A DNA stretch of 64,000 bases from Opitutaceae bacterium (GCA_051252375.1 JBPOFY010000004.1:224001-288000); one strand, 5' to 3'. Shown: positions 48,008 to 61,057, numbered from the stretch's first letter. Numbers and translations: made by a program. The notes: a model not told the origin generated them from the letters alone.

Positions 48008-48187
48008 TTAGAGGCCTAGCCGCGAGAATTGGGCGATGCGCCAAACTGCAAAGTTTTCACGAATTAGCAATCTTCGCCAAGCAAAGCATGCCCCAGTGGC
48101 ATTATTTATTCACAATGCCCTCTTTTCTCTCTCAGATTAAAGGAAAATGTTTGCGAGATGGAAACGATATGCCACATTCGTCGCACT

Positions 48188-48772
48188 ATGTATAAGACGG
48201 CTCGATATTTCTTTACCCTACTCCTCGTTGCAATCCTCCTCCCAGCTTGCACAAAAAAGCAGCCACCAAGTGGCTACGGCTCCGATACGGGCATGGGTAG
48301 CGGTAGCGGTAGTGGCGCTGACTACGGCGACATCGTCCCCAGTTTGGAAGGCGACTACGGTCTCGGCGCTGAAGGCTTGGAAGCCCGTGCTGCAGGTGAT
48401 GGCATTAATGGCAACAAATATGGAGATTGGGACATGGTTGAAGGCATCCTTCCCTCCGTCTATTTCGGCTTCGACTCTTCCTCCATTTCTGCGTCTGAGC
48501 GCGCGAAACTCCAGCAAGCGGCTGACTACCTCATGGACAATCCAGCCGAGGCTCTCCTCATCGAGGGTCACTGCGACTGGTATGGCACAGCAGAATATAA
48601 CATTGCTCTCGGTGAGCGCCGCGCCATCAGCGCGAAAGACTACATCACGACCTTGGGCATCAGCCCTAGCCGTGTAAACACTCTCTCCAAAGGTAGCCTC
48701 GAGTCCACCTCAGGTCTCTCCAAAGAGCAGTCTTCCCAAGACCGCCGCGCCGACTTGATCATCCTCAAGTAA
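48188..48772 (+). CDS. pal: OmpA-family peptidoglycan-associated lipoprotein (Pal-like)
   Basis: Lipobox LPAC; VYFGFDSS, EGHCD, YNIALGERRA, DRRA. Confidence 0.8.
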   Translation: MYKTARYFFTLLLVAILLPACTKKQPPSGYGSDTGMGSGSGSGADYGDIVPSLEGDYGLGAEGLEARAAGDGINGNKYGDWDMVEGILPSVYFGFDSSSISASERAKLQQAADYLMDNPAEALLIEGHCDWYGTAEYNIALGERRAISAKDYITTLGISPSRVNTLSKGSLESTSGLSKEQSSQDRRADLIILK

Positions 48773-48792
48773 TCAGCGATTACCACTTTAAC

Positions 48793-48830
48793 AAAAACGC
48801 CCGCCGGTTAATGCCGACGGGCGTTTTTTT
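48793..48830 (+). terminator. Rho-independent terminator (probably bidirectional)
   Basis: aaaaacgcccg...cgggcgttttttt. Confidence 0.85.
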
Positions 48831-48849
48831 GTATTCACTTATCTCCGAG

Positions 48850-48926
48850 TGTAGCCACGTCACTCTGTGACGTGTTGGTCAAAAAAACATAGTCCCCAAT
48901 ACACGGCACAGAGTGCCGTGGCTACA
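48850..48926. repeat. Inverted pair of GTAG-type REP palindromes (REPIN-like)
   Basis: gtagccacgTcactctgtgAcgtgt (48851-48875) and reverse complement gtagccacgGcactctgtgCcgtgt (48901-48925). Confidence 0.75.
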
Positions 48927-48955
48927 ACATATGGGGTTAAAAAATATAGCCCCAC

Positions 48956-49207
48956 CTATCCCGCCGCCAACAAAGCCTCCTTTTCGGAACGAGACAGCTG
49001 CTTGATTCGATACTCCTCAGCGCAGGCCTCCGAGCGCGTGCCGATCTCTGATTGATACTCCAATTTCAGCGGTCCCCGACCACGCGTGTATTTTGCGCCT
49101 TTCGGACCTTGGGATTGATGCTCCTCAAAGCGGCGCGCCACATCGATGGCTACACCCGTATATAAAGTTCCATCCGCACAGCGCAGTATATACACACTCC
49201 AAGTCAT
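48956..49207 (-). CDS. GIY-YIG nuclease family (UPF0213-like)
   Basis: VYILRCADGTLYTG, RRF.EH, GAKYTR. Confidence 0.9.
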   Translation of the reverse strand: MTWSVYILRCADGTLYTGVAIDVARRFEEHQSQGPKGAKYTRGRGPLKLEYQSEIGTRSEACAEEYRIKQLSRSEKEALLAAG

Positions 49208-49629
49208 CCGATTGAGGAATCGGTGATCACACCATCGAGATAATGCCAGGCACCTGCATGGCGCTTAAAACGGGAATGCTCATGATGCACAGAAGTTTGC
49301 CCGCCTTGTAAATAGGTCGCCTTGAACTCTACCTTGCCGGTCTTATCCGATGGCGCCCCTTGAAAGGTGCTGACGATTTCGAGACCGACCCATTGAATCG
49401 TCTCATATGTGGTTTGATATGCCACTTTAAGATCTTTCGCTCGCTTATCCGGATGAGTCGTCTGCAGCAGATAATCAATCTCCCCCATCACGTAAGCGGC
49501 ATAACGAGAACGCATCAGTGCATCAGCTGTCGGCGCTTTTGCGGTGCCACCGTGATAGCGACCGCAGCATAGATCGTAGTCAGTTTCACTGCCACACGGA
49601 CATGCGCTCTGCGTTGCTGGCAGTGACAT
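49204..49629 (-). CDS. YchJ-family (SEC-C) protein
   Basis: CPCGS...CC..YH, LMRSRYAAY, VEFKA, HEHSRF. Confidence 0.9.
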   Translation of the reverse strand: MSLPATQSACPCGSETDYDLCCGRYHGGTAKAPTADALMRSRYAAYVMGEIDYLLQTTHPDKRAKDLKVAYQTTYETIQWVGLEIVSTFQGAPSDKTGKVEFKATYLQGGQTSVHHEHSRFKRHAGAWHYLDGVITDSSIG

Positions 49630-49631
49630 AA

Positions 49632-51092
49632 TTACCTCACCCGCAGCACAATAAAGCGCTTCGTGCCTGCAAACCATGTGTAGAAACGATTGGCACCTTC
49701 CTTCAGATGCGCCTGCACCTCTTCGGGTGTCGAAACAGCCTGACCATTGACCTCCAAAATCACCACGCCGCGGGAAAACTCTTCGATCTCACTGTAGAGA
49801 GAATCAGGAGACACACTCTCAACGAGCACCCCTTCGATCTGTTTCGGGATCGCGAAAGCTTTCCGACCCATCTCATCCATTTGGCTCAAGGTAACCCCCT
49901 CCAGTATCCCCTGTTCGGGCTCAACGATCGCCACTGAGCCATTCAAACTCCCGAGGACCACTTGCAATGACATGGGTTTACCTTGCCGCACCAATTCCAC
50001 TGCGACTTCGGTCCCAGGCATCATCTGCGAAACCACCAAGCGAAGTTGCGGTGCCGATTCGATTTCGACGTCGTCGATACGCAGAATGACATCCCCATGA
50101 AGAATACCGCCACGTTCAGCGGGAGAGTCTGGCTGCACTTGATTAACGAGTGCACCACGCGTGCTGTCCAAGCCAAACGCTTCGGCCATATCGCGATCTA
50201 GATTCTCGGGAAACAAGCCCAACAGACCGCGAGGCACCTCACCGCTTTCGATCAAGTTACGCACCACGTTTAGCGCTAAATCCAATGGGATCGCAAAACC
50301 GATGCCGTTACTGCCACCCGAGCGTGAAACAATCGCGGTGTTGAGACCGACCAAGCGCCCCCAAGCATCGATCAGTGCACCACCCGAGTTACCTAAATTA
50401 ATCGCAGCATCGGTCTGAATAAAATCCTCATACGCACCAGGCCCTAATATCTGACGAGAGTTACGCCCTGTGGCCGAGACGATACCTTGCGTCGCAGTTA
50501 GCCCAACATCCAAAGGATTGCCGATAGCAAAGACCACATCGCCCACACGTAGTTTCTGACTATCCGCAATAGTCAATGCAGGCAGTGGATCCTCCGTTTC
50601 GATTTTCAAGACGGCAACATCCGTCTTCGTATCCGAGCCAATCAACTCAGCGACATACTCACTATTATCACTCAACCGGATAAGTATCTCATCTGCAGCT
50701 TCTCCTCGAAGACCCGTCACGACATGCTCATTCGTTACGATGTATCCATCACTCGAAATAATCACTCCCGACCCAACACCGAGCGATTCACGGCGCTCGC
50801 GTTGCGGCTGTGCGGAATCATTCTGCCCCGGCGCCGGCAATCCAAACTGGCGAAAGAACTCGGGGACTTGCTGAGGTGCGGCATTCGCACCACCGGTGAT
50901 CCGTGAAGTATAAACCGAGACAACCGAGGGTGTGGCTTGCTCCAAAACGTCTGCGTAAGATACCACTGGGCGACCAGCCTCTTGCACGATGGCGCGTGTG
51001 TCTTGGCTCACATTTAATGGTGGGTTTTCCTCCGCAAAAGACAGTCCATAGGTGGCAGCCAATGCGAACAACGAAGTAGCGATCAATTTCAT
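49632..51092 (-). CDS. Do/DegP-family serine protease with two PDZ domains
   Basis: GSGVII, TNEHVV, DVAVLK, QTDAAINLGNSGGAL. Confidence 0.93.
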   Translation of the reverse strand: MKLIATSLFALAATYGLSFAEENPPLNVSQDTRAIVQEAGRPVVSYADVLEQATPSVVSVYTSRITGGANAAPQQVPEFFRQFGLPAPGQNDSAQPQRERRESLGVGSGVIISSDGYIVTNEHVVTGLRGEAADEILIRLSDNSEYVAELIGSDTKTDVAVLKIETEDPLPALTIADSQKLRVGDVVFAIGNPLDVGLTATQGIVSATGRNSRQILGPGAYEDFIQTDAAINLGNSGGALIDAWGRLVGLNTAIVSRSGGSNGIGFAIPLDLALNVVRNLIESGEVPRGLLGLFPENLDRDMAEAFGLDSTRGALVNQVQPDSPAERGGILHGDVILRIDDVEIESAPQLRLVVSQMMPGTEVAVELVRQGKPMSLQVVLGSLNGSVAIVEPEQGILEGVTLSQMDEMGRKAFAIPKQIEGVLVESVSPDSLYSEIEEFSRGVVILEVNGQAVSTPEEVQAHLKEGANRFYTWFAGTKRFIVLRVR

Positions 51093-51203
51093 AATGTCAT
51101 ATACTGTGGTTAGATAACGAAAGAGACAAACTAGATTCAACATCTGTCTGATCAACATGACATAGCGCGAAACACGAGGTTCCGCACAAATTCACTCCAC
51201 TCG

Positions 51204-52754
51204 TTAGAGAAGATCTGCAGCCAATTCAGCGAGCTCGGAACGCACACCCGTCATCAACTCCAGGTGAGCGGTGATCTCTGTGCCCTTCAAGCGTTGCGCG
51301 GTGTGAACCAAACCGTTTGACCAAGCATCGAGGAACATGCTGTCCACCTGATACGGATCACCGAGTAAGATAACTTTTGAGCCCTCCGCCATACGACTGA
51401 CGACAGTCTTGGCTTCGTGTGGCGTCAGATTCTGCGCTTCGTCGATTATAAAGATGGTGTTGGCGAGCGAACGGCCGCGGATGAAAGTCATGGCTTCCAC
51501 CTCAACGATACCATAGTCGAAGAGAAACTGATATGGCTTACGCGTCTTGTTGCTTTCTTCCTCATCCGAATCACCGTGCGCGGGTTGCTTAGCGAGCTTA
51601 GCCATCGCCTTCTTGCGCTTACGGTTCGAGGTGATGCGATCGATCTCCGAATGCCCCTTTTGAGGTTCCTCTGGCTTGACAATTTTTCGGTTACTAAAGA
51701 GCACCTCCAAATTATCATAAAACGGCGCAATGTAGGGAGCCATCTTCTCATCTAGGGTGCCTGGCAATGCTCCAGTATCTTTACCGATATGCACCAAAGG
51801 TCGCGTGATAAAGACACGCTCATAGAGGTTGTCTTCACCAAGTGTTTGGTAGAGCGCCATCGCGATACTAACTAAGGTCTTACCGGTGCCTGCTTTACCG
51901 CAGCAAGTGACCAACTTAATGTCCTCGTCGAGTATGGCATCCATCAGCATGCGCTGCTCATCGTTGAGTGGATGAATTTTGATACCCTTCGGAATCTTAA
52001 TGCCCACCTCATTACCGAGAATCAACGCCTCAATCTGACCATCCCCGCGATAACGGGCTGGCTCGCTGCTGACGCCATCACTGATAAAGATATATTCATT
52101 GAGAAACAAATGACTGGTCTGCTCGGGTGAAAGATCGACGCCGTGCTCCTCGATAAAACGCACATAGTCCGGCTTCTCAACAGTCAGCGTCTTGCAACCG
52201 CCACCGATCTTGGAGGACGTCACTTTGTCGTTCATGTAGTCCTGCACTTCGAGACCGAGCGCGATACCCTTCAGCGCCATGTTCGCGTCTTTCGTGACCA
52301 AGATCACCCGCTGATCATCGCAAACTTCCTTCAAGAAAAAGACAGAAGCCAAAATACGGCTGTCCATTTTCTCCATATCCACCAGCGTGGCTTTGAGGCG
52401 GTTCATACCTTCGCTGGCTGGATCGCCGCCTACAAAATAATCGTTGATCACCACGATCAAACGACCGCCATTGGCAAGGTCGCGGCTCAAGGCCGAGCTC
52501 CCTTTATCCTTCATTTCAGGCGGCACTGCGAGTTCGTCGTCAAACAGCGCACGTAAATCGCGATGAATTTTTCGAGCCGCAAATCCGAGCTCCCCAGGAG
52601 CAGATTTCTTTCGATCCAGTTCTTCGAGAACCTCGACCGGGATGGCTAATGTATTATCCTCAAACTTATGTAGACACTGGGGGTCATGAAGGAGGACGTT
52701 GGTATCAAGGACAAATATTTTGGCCTTGTTTTTGAGCGATTTTTGTTTCGGCAA
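51204..52754 (-). CDS. PIN-PhoH (PhoH2/YlaK-like) protein
   Basis: [11 protein letters not shown] domain; [19 protein letters not shown]. Confidence 0.92.
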   Translation of the reverse strand: MPKQKSLKNKAKIFVLDTNVLLHDPQCLHKFEDNTLAIPVEVLEELDRKKSAPGELGFAARKIHRDLRALFDDELAVPPEMKDKGSSALSRDLANGGRLIVVINDYFVGGDPASEGMNRLKATLVDMEKMDSRILASVFFLKEVCDDQRVILVTKDANMALKGIALGLEVQDYMNDKVTSSKIGGGCKTLTVEKPDYVRFIEEHGVDLSPEQTSHLFLNEYIFISDGVSSEPARYRGDGQIEALILGNEVGIKIPKGIKIHPLNDEQRMLMDAILDEDIKLVTCCGKAGTGKTLVSIAMALYQTLGEDNLYERVFITRPLVHIGKDTGALPGTLDEKMAPYIAPFYDNLEVLFSNRKIVKPEEPQKGHSEIDRITSNRKRKKAMAKLAKQPAHGDSDEEESNKTRKPYQFLFDYGIVEVEAMTFIRGRSLANTIFIIDEAQNLTPHEAKTVVSRMAEGSKVILLGDPYQVDSMFLDAWSNGLVHTAQRLKGTEITAHLELMTGVRSELAELAADLL

Positions 52755-52879
52755 GGGACTAGTATTGGTAACAACTTAATTGCAAGCTGCCAATTGCAGC
52801 CTGCGGTTATTGAACTATCATCTCCCACCCATGTCAGGCGCAAGCCGTAAACACGTTCGCTCACTTTTTTACCCAAACT

Positions 52880-53557
52880 ATGACAGATTTAAACCAATTA
52901 GAGGCCAAAATCGGCTACCAGTTCAAAGATTCGGGGCAACTTCGTCTCGCCCTCACCCACCCCAGTTGCGATTTGCCCAGCGGCGACAACCAACGACTCG
53001 AATTTTTAGGCGATGCCGTGCTCGATCTCGTCATCGCCGAGGCACTCTATACCACCTACGAAAACATCAACGAAGGCACGATGGATCGCCTGCGTGCAAG
53101 TATCGTCAACGGCAAGTCACTCTCCAGGAAAGCCTTAGATGTCGATCTCGGCGAGTTCCTGCAAGTCAGCGACGCTCACAGAGAACATCACCCCGATCCC
53201 AGCCACGCCATGCTTGAAGATGCGCTTGAAGCGATCTTTGGGGCGATTTTCCTCGATGGCGGTATGGACGCTGCCCGCGGAACCATCCTCAAGCTCTTCG
53301 GCCGGAACATCGAATACGCCGACACCGGGCAATCTTCCAAAAATTCAAAAGGTCGCCTCCAAGAATGGGCCCAACAAAAGCACAAAGGAGTCATTCCCGA
53401 ATACAACTCACTCTCAGAGAGCGGTCCTGACCACGACCGCCATTACACCGCCTCTGTATCAATTCAGGGCACAGTGCTCGCAGAAGGCAGTGGCAGCTCT
53501 AAAAAAGCCGCTGAATCCGCAGCAGCCAAAGCCGCGCTGAATACGATCAAAATATAA
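52880..53557 (+). CDS. rnc: Ribonuclease III
   Basis: [28 protein letters not shown], dsRBD. Confidence 0.96.
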   Translation: MTDLNQLEAKIGYQFKDSGQLRLALTHPSCDLPSGDNQRLEFLGDAVLDLVIAEALYTTYENINEGTMDRLRASIVNGKSLSRKALDVDLGEFLQVSDAHREHHPDPSHAMLEDALEAIFGAIFLDGGMDAARGTILKLFGRNIEYADTGQSSKNSKGRLQEWAQQKHKGVIPEYNSLSESGPDHDRHYTASVSIQGTVLAEGSGSSKKAAESAAAKAALNTIKI

Positions 53558-53559
53558 AC

Positions 53560-56500
53560 ATGCCGAAGCCGCTTCCAACGGTCCATGGTCCTCGCCTGTT
53601 TCATGGTGTCTGCGCCGAAGCAAGGGCTGCTTTGGTCGCGAGCCTAGCGAAAGCCTCCACTGCCACAGTGGCTCTGGTTGCCGACCCACGCCGCGCGATG
53701 GAACTCTCGGTCGAGGTGCAAACCTACGCGGGCTGGTCGAAGCAATCCATCGAGGTCCTCCACTTCCCCGAAGACCCGCCGCCCGATATCGACGCGCACC
53801 GACGCGCTGACCGCATCTGCGACCGACTCACTGTGCTCAGCGCACTGCTTCGCACAACTAAAACGCCCCGACTCCTACTCGCCACTCCAGAAGCACTCCT
53901 TGGTCCATGCCCACGTAAGACCGCTTTTGAAGCCCGCCAGATCAAACTAACCGTTAGCGAGACACACCCATTTCGACAACTGGTCGACCACCTCACCAAT
54001 GAACTCGACTACGACGCCGAGGCATTGTGCGAACACCCAGGTCAGCTAGCTACTCGCGGCGGCTTGATCGACATCTACCCTTACGACGCCACGCAACCAT
54101 ATCGAATCGATTTCTTCGGCGACGAGATCGAAAGCATACGCACCTTCGACCCGACCACCCAGCGCACGGAGAAGAACGTCCACTCGATCACCGCTTCCGC
54201 CTCGGCTAGCGACGAAGCCACCCACTTAGGTGAAGGCGCCCTACTCGAATACCTCCCGACGCAAGCGATACAATGGATATTGGAAGACCCAACTTTGCTC
54301 GTGCGCGAACACCCCTATCGCTTCGAGAACATCAAAGCGACATCGGGCACCACTCGTTCCTTCTATCAATTACTCAAACAGCGCGAAGCAACAGAAGATG
54401 CACTACTTGGTATTTGCGAAGTGGATACAGACCCCAACTTATTCAAAGAAGCCACACGTATAGGCATTTCGACAGAACCCACTGATAACTACCGTCTCCA
54501 CACCGACGCCAGCCAAGTCGGCTTCGACCGTTTTGAATCCGAGCAAAGCGCGCGCTCGAAATTCGAATCACAAATCTCAGATTGGGCAAAAAAAGACGCC
54601 CTCAAGATCGCATTCGTGACTACCGGTCCGAGCGAAGCAAAGCGCATCACCGAGCTCCTCGCCGAGAACCCGCTCACTGCAAAGCTGAAGCCCCAATTCC
54701 TCGAAGGTCCTGTCTCCGGCGGCTTCGTCGCCCGCGGTGATGCCACATGGTTCCCCACCAAAACGACCGCAAAAACGAAGGGGCTCGTCCTCATTACCGA
54801 GACGGAATACTTCGGACGTCGCCAACGCAAAATCGGCAACACACAAAAGCGCGCCCGACCAACGATCTCGCAAGTGGATCAATTACTCGACTTCACTGAG
54901 CTCGCCGACGGCGACCCACTGGTTCACCTCCAGCATGGCGTCTGCCTTTTCCGTGGGCTCACCAAGCTCGACATCCAAGGTGGCACCAAAGAAGTCATCT
55001 CGGTCGAGTTTGCCGATCAGATGACGATCCATGTGCCGCTACACGAATCACACTTACTCACCCGCTACGTCGGGCTAACCAAAGCCAACCCAAAACTCGG
55101 CAAAATCGGCGGCGCAGCATGGGAAAAGACTCGCCAATCCGCCGAACGCGCCACCCTCGATTACGCAGCAGAAATGCTCAACCTCCACGCCAAGCGCAGC
55201 CAATCAGGCGGTTACGCTTTCCCGCCCGAGCATCACTGGCAAAAGGACTTCGAAGCCGCCTTCCCGTTCAAAGAAACACCCGACCAGCTCACCGCGATCG
55301 AGGATACCAAAGACGACATGGAAAAGCCCCTGCCGATGGATCGCTTGATCTGTGGCGATGTCGGCTTTGGCAAAACAGAGGTCGCCATACGAGCCGCACT
55401 CAAAGCTGTGCTCGCCGGCAAACAAGTCGCCATCCTCGTGCCCACCACCGTGCTCTGCCAACAGCATTTCAACACCTTCCGCGAGCGCATGGCGCAGTAT
55501 CCGATCATCGTCGATATGGTCAGCCGTTTTCGCAGCAGCAAACAAAACAAAGAGATCATCTCCCACCTCGCCTCGGGTCGTATCGATATCGTGATCGGCA
55601 CCCACCGTTTGCTCAGCAAGGACGTCCATTTCCAAGACCTCGGTCTACTCGTGGTCGATGAAGAACAACGCTTCGGCGTCCGCCAAAAGGAACGGATCAA
55701 ACAACTCCGCGCCGACATCGACATCCTCACCCTCAGCGCCACGCCGATCCCCCGCACCCTCTACATGGCCATGGCTGGCGCACGCGCCATGAGCGTGATC
55801 GAAACGCCACCCGTCGACCGCCGCCCCATTGAGACCGTGGTCAAAAGCTACTCTGACGATCTAGTTAAAAGCGCGATCCAGGCCGAAACCGATCGCGGCG
55901 GCCAAGTCTTCTACCTCCACAACCGAGTCTCCACCATCGAAGGCGTCGCCGCCAAGATCAACGAGATGCACCCAAAGCTCAAAGTCGCCGTCGGTCACGG
56001 GCAGATGGAAGAGGGGCAACTCGAAAAGATCATGACAAAATTCGTCGCCGGCGATTTCGACGTCTTGGTCTGCACCACCATTATCGAGTCAGGGATTGAT
56101 ATCCCCAATTGCAACACCCTCATCATCGAAGGCGCGGACCGCTTTGGCCTCGCACAGCTCTACCAAATCCGCGGCCGCGTCGGGCGCTTCAACCGCCAAG
56201 CCTACGCCTACCTCCTACTCCACCGACACGCTGCGCTCGTCGACCAAGCCCAAAAGCGGCTCAACGCACTCAAGCAACACAACCAACTCGGCGCCGGCTT
56301 CCGCATCGCCATGCGCGACCTCGAGCTACGCGGCGCGGGCAACCTCCTCGGCTCCCAACAAAGCGGACACATCGCCGGTGTCGGTTTCGAACTCTATTGC
56401 CAACTACTCAAGCAAAGCGTCGCCCGCCTGAAGGGTGAACCGGGCGCCGACCGCATCCGTGCCGAAGTGAAGCTCGACTTCATCGCCACCGGCGAAGGCG

Positions 56501-56970
56501 GCAGTCGCTCGCGCAGCACCAGTGGCACCTTCAGTTTTGCCGCCATCAAAGAGGCCGAATACAGCCGCCCTGGTAAAATCATCGAAGCCGCCCTCCCAGT
56601 CGAATACATCGCCGAGCCACGCCTCCGGATCGACCTCTACCGCCGACTCGCCCTCGCCGATAGCCGCGAAGCCGTCCAAACCATCGCCGTCGAGATGCTC
56701 GACCGCTTCGGTAAGCTCCCGTTAGCCACACAAGCCCTCGTCGCCATCAGTGAAGTGCGCGTCTTAGCCGAGGCCGCCGGCGTCCGCCGCGTCGAAAGCG
56801 AAGGCGATCGCCTCATCTGCCGCCTCGCCCACCCCGATAAAGCCGGAGAATTCCTAAAGACTGGCACCCGCTTTCCCCGCTTGGTTAAGAAAGAACCACT
56901 GCAACGACTGAAAGAAGTGCAAGCCTTCTTGGTTCGACACAAATGCAGCGATCCAATAAATAAAGGCTAA
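53560..56970 (+). CDS. mfd: Transcription-repair coupling factor
   Basis: CarD-like domain, [35 protein letters not shown] domain. Confidence 0.96.
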   Translation: MPKPLPTVHGPRLFHGVCAEARAALVASLAKASTATVALVADPRRAMELSVEVQTYAGWSKQSIEVLHFPEDPPPDIDAHRRADRICDRLTVLSALLRTTKTPRLLLATPEALLGPCPRKTAFEARQIKLTVSETHPFRQLVDHLTNELDYDAEALCEHPGQLATRGGLIDIYPYDATQPYRIDFFGDEIESIRTFDPTTQRTEKNVHSITASASASDEATHLGEGALLEYLPTQAIQWILEDPTLLVREHPYRFENIKATSGTTRSFYQLLKQREATEDALLGICEVDTDPNLFKEATRIGISTEPTDNYRLHTDASQVGFDRFESEQSARSKFESQISDWAKKDALKIAFVTTGPSEAKRITELLAENPLTAKLKPQFLEGPVSGGFVARGDATWFPTKTTAKTKGLVLITETEYFGRRQRKIGNTQKRARPTISQVDQLLDFTELADGDPLVHLQHGVCLFRGLTKLDIQGGTKEVISVEFADQMTIHVPLHESHLLTRYVGLTKANPKLGKIGGAAWEKTRQSAERATLDYAAEMLNLHAKRSQSGGYAFPPEHHWQKDFEAAFPFKETPDQLTAIEDTKDDMEKPLPMDRLICGDVGFGKTEVAIRAALKAVLAGKQVAILVPTTVLCQQHFNTFRERMAQYPIIVDMVSRFRSSKQNKEIISHLASGRIDIVIGTHRLLSKDVHFQDLGLLVVDEEQRFGVRQKERIKQLRADIDILTLSATPIPRTLYMAMAGARAMSVIETPPVDRRPIETVVKSYSDDLVKSAIQAETDRGGQVFYLHNRVSTIEGVAAKINEMHPKLKVAVGHGQMEEGQLEKIMTKFVAGDFDVLVCTTIIESGIDIPNCNTLIIEGADRFGLAQLYQIRGRVGRFNRQAYAYLLLHRHAALVDQAQKRLNALKQHNQLGAGFRIAMRDLELRGAGNLLGSQQSGHIAGVGFELYCQLLKQSVARLKGEPGADRIRAEVKLDFIATGEGGSRSRSTSGTFSFAAIKEAEYSRPGKIIEAALPVEYIAEPRLRIDLYRRLALADSREAVQTIAVEMLDRFGKLPLATQALVAISEVRVLAEAAGVRRVESEGDRLICRLAHPDKAGEFLKTGTRFPRLVKKEPLQRLKEVQAFLVRHKCSDPINKG

Positions 56971-57097
56971 CTTCATTCGCTGAGCTTATAATATCTAGGT
57001 TATCCTAAATATTCTGGTATACCAAAGCATCCAGTCGCTATGCTGATACTTTTTATTTCTCGAAGTCCTATTCGATATCCACCCTCTCGTATCAATC

Positions 57098-58846
57098 ATG
57101 TTCATCTTCTCTAAAAGATTTCGTTGGGCTTGGCTAGTCTGCTTAATACTGCTCTCTAGCTTCCTACTCACCAGCATCAGCAGTTATCTAGTCACCCGAA
57201 GTAACATGCGGGACACCATAATCGAAAGCACGCTTCCGCTCACATCGGACAATGTTTACTCCGAAATACAACGCGACCTGCTGCAACCGGTCTTCATCGC
57301 TTCGCTGATGGCCCACGACACCTTCCTACGGGATTGGGCGATCAATGGCGAACAGGACGAAGACTCCATAACTCGTTACTTACACGAGTTGAAAGTCAAA
57401 TATGGCACGGTCTCCAGTTTCTTTGTTTCCGATCAAACTCTAAAATACTACCACGCCCACGGACTACTCAAAACCATAAGTCCCGACGAACCGCGCGACG
57501 AATGGTATTTTCGCGTCAAAGACATGACAAAGCGCTACGAGATCAACGTCGACCCCGATCTAGCAAATGCAGATGAAATGACGATCTTCATCAACTATCG
57601 GACGTTTAACTACGATGGCGAATTCATCGGCGCGACCGGTGTCGGGCTAACCGTCAACAGCGTCAACAACTTGATTAGTCGTTACGAAGCAAAATTCGAC
57701 CGCCAAATATACTTCACCAATGCGGAAGGTAAGATCGTGCTACGCCCGACGAATAGCCCGTTACTGGAATATCAAACCCTACAGGAAATCGAGGGATTAG
57801 AATCCGTCTCCGCAAAGCTTCTTTCCAATAAGCAAACCCAAGTCACCTACAATCGAGACGGTGAAACGCGCATGCTACACTGTCGCTATGTGCCGGAACT
57901 CCACTGGTATCTGATCGTCGAGCAAAGTGAATCCACCGCACTTGCCCCCATCCGCGAGCAATTACTTATCAATATTGGGCTGGCGATTCTCGTTACCCTG
58001 ACAGTGGCCATGATTTGTATCGCCGCAATCAAACGTCAACAAGCGAAGCTCGAACGACGCAATGACGAGCTACTGTGCATCAATGCCGAAAGCGAAGCTC
58101 AAAAACACAAAATCTCCCTTACCGCTAAAGAACTAGAAGCCGCCAATCAATCTCTCAGCGCCCTCAATAAGGATAAAGACGAATTCATTGGCATCATTGC
58201 CCACGACCTTCGAAATCCCCTCAACTCCATCATCGGCTTTTGCGAACTAGCCCTCGAAGAACCCAAAGAAATCGACATCACCCCTTTCATTGGCGACATC
58301 AAGGACTCTGGCGAACGTATGCTCGAGCTCACGCAAAAGCTACTCGATGTCTCTCAAATCGAAGCCTTCCAAGGCGAAATCGAAAAAGAGGATACGGACT
58401 GGAATGCCATCATTGAAGTCTCAGCTCATCGCTTCGCAGGACAAGCACAAGAAAAGAAGATCACCTTCGAATACCAACTCGATGCCACCACCGGCATTAT
58501 CGTCCAGAGTCGTCCAGATTGGTTGGATATTTGCATGAGCAACTTAATCAGCAATGCCATCAAATACACACCAAGATGCGGCAAAGTCTTCATCCAAAGC
58601 CGGAAAATTGAAAATCGCCTCGAATTTGAGATTAAGGATACAGGCCCCGGTATCAGCGAGGACGACCAACACAGAATGTTTGGCAAATTCGTCCGCCTAA
58701 CAGCACAACCCACCGGCAATGAATCATCCACCGGACTCGGGCTCTACATCGTCAAAAGTATGTGCGACCGTCTAAATTTGAATATTAAAGTCCGCAGCGA
58801 ACTCGGTCATGGCACCAGCTTCACAGTCACCCAGCCACTCGACTAG
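57098..58846 (+). CDS. Sensor histidine kinase with Cache-like periplasmic domain
   Basis: Two TMs; AHDLRNPL H-box, NLISNAIKY, DTGPG, GLGL. Confidence 0.93.
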   Translation: MFIFSKRFRWAWLVCLILLSSFLLTSISSYLVTRSNMRDTIIESTLPLTSDNVYSEIQRDLLQPVFIASLMAHDTFLRDWAINGEQDEDSITRYLHELKVKYGTVSSFFVSDQTLKYYHAHGLLKTISPDEPRDEWYFRVKDMTKRYEINVDPDLANADEMTIFINYRTFNYDGEFIGATGVGLTVNSVNNLISRYEAKFDRQIYFTNAEGKIVLRPTNSPLLEYQTLQEIEGLESVSAKLLSNKQTQVTYNRDGETRMLHCRYVPELHWYLIVEQSESTALAPIREQLLINIGLAILVTLTVAMICIAAIKRQQAKLERRNDELLCINAESEAQKHKISLTAKELEAANQSLSALNKDKDEFIGIIAHDLRNPLNSIIGFCELALEEPKEIDITPFIGDIKDSGERMLELTQKLLDVSQIEAFQGEIEKEDTDWNAIIEVSAHRFAGQAQEKKITFEYQLDATTGIIVQSRPDWLDICMSNLISNAIKYTPRCGKVFIQSRKIENRLEFEIKDTGPGISEDDQHRMFGKFVRLTAQPTGNESSTGLGLYIVKSMCDRLNLNIKVRSELGHGTSFTVTQPLD

Positions 58847-58950
58847 CCACACCAAACAGCACTTTCAGTGATGTTTCCCCGCTTGACCGCACATGATCCG
58901 CTTCTAAGGTTGGGCGAAATTAAGAAATTCCTAAATCGCTACGCGCGCCT

Positions 58951-59934
<984 letters not shown>

Positions 59935-59974
59935 GCGGCCTCGCGTGCGCCTCCAATAACAAGCTGATGCAACC

Positions 59975-60016
59975 TCAGAGGTAGCGGCGCTTGTCCCTAA
60001 GCGCCAAACGTCAGAG
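59975..60016 (+). repeat. GTAG-type REP element, copy 1
   Basis: tcagagGTAGc-ggcgctt-gtccct-aagcgcc-aaacgtcagag; 39/42 identical to 61131-61172. Confidence 0.75.
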
Positions 60017-60060
60017 CCTTTCGCGGTCTCCTCAAGCAGAGCCCCTACAACTCACCATTC

Positions 60061-60095
60061 GATGTTGGACGTTCGATGTTGGACGTTCAACGTTC
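60061..60095. repeat. Heptamer tandem repeat
   Basis: gatgttg gacgttc gatgttg gacgttc aacgttc. Confidence 0.8.
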
Positions 60096-60100
60096 CTCCT

Positions 60101-61057
60101 CTACTTCACCCGTAAGGTATGCACCGTCACTTCAGCCGGACAATTCAACCGAATAGGAAGACCCGACGCCCCCGTCCCACGACTCGTATAGCCTTGCATC
60201 TGACCTTCGCGCCAAGGACCTGACAACAGATGCCTCTGCGCCGTGCCATCGTGCACCACCACCCGCCCACCGGGTAAACAAATCTGCCCACCATGCGTGT
60301 GCCCGGACAACTGAAGATCAAAGCCTAAGTCCGCCGCGGTTTTATGCGTTTGTGGCGCATGCGAGAAAAGCACCCGACACGCCCCATCATCCGGCAAGTC
60401 ACGCATCGCATGCTCAAAATCATGCGTCTTATAAAAATTCGGATCATCGATCCCCGTCAGATGTAAAGCCGCGTTACCGCGATGAATCGTCGCCGATTCA
60501 TTCAACAAAAACTTCACCCCCGCCGCTTCAAGCGGTGGCACCTTGATTAAGAAATCGTGATTACCTAAGATCGCATAACTAGGCGCAGACAAACCTTGTA
60601 GAATTTCAATTGCCGCCTCCGTCGCCCCCGTGTGGTCACCATAAGTGCAGGTCCGGAAATCGCCCGTCACCACGATCAAATCGCACGGCACATTCTCCAC
60701 GGCTGACCGCACAGCAGCCGCGAAATCCGGATGCAGGTCCGCGTGCAAGTCCGTCAGCTGCAAAATACGAAACCCATCAAACTCTGGCGCTAAACGCTCC
60801 AAGAAAACTTCGTTCGACTCTACTCGAATATCTAAATAGTTACGCAAGCCCCGCGCCCAAAAACCGGAAACCTTCAGACAAAATCCGATAAAGCCATACA
60901 GATCAAAACAGTTTTCCCAACGAAAGATCCCCTTCCCTTGGCCATGCCCAGCCCGCTCACGCAACTGCGCCTCTTTAGCCAAGCGCTCCAGAAACTTCGC
61001 CTCCCCCATTCGGTCAGCAAGCCCCTGCAATTCGATCGGTATATCTAATTCAGCCAC
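60101..61057 (-). CDS. Calcineurin-like metallophosphoesterase (YkuE-like)
   Basis: DLH, GDF, GNHD, SH, SGHTHGGQ. Confidence 0.92.
   Translation of the reverse strand: MAELDIPIELQGLADRMGEAKFLERLAKEAQLRERAGHGQGKGIFRWENCFDLYGFIGFCLKVSGFWARGLRNYLDIRVESNEVFLERLAPEFDGFRILQLTDLHADLHPDFAAAVRSAVENVPCDLIVVTGDFRTCTYGDHTGATEAAIEILQGLSAPSYAILGNHDFLIKVPPLEAAGVKFLLNESATIHRGNAALHLTGIDDPNFYKTHDFEHAMRDLPDDGACRVLFSHAPQTHKTAADLGFDLQLSGHTHGGQICLPGGRVVVHDGTAQRHLLSGPWREGQMQGYTSRGTGASGLPIRLNCPAEVTVHTLRVK

Noticed and set aside
48956..49207. GIY-YIG gene as homing or mobile endonuclease
   Set aside because: Short stand-alone UPF0213 type, coupled to ychJ; no mobile context beyond the adjacent REPs
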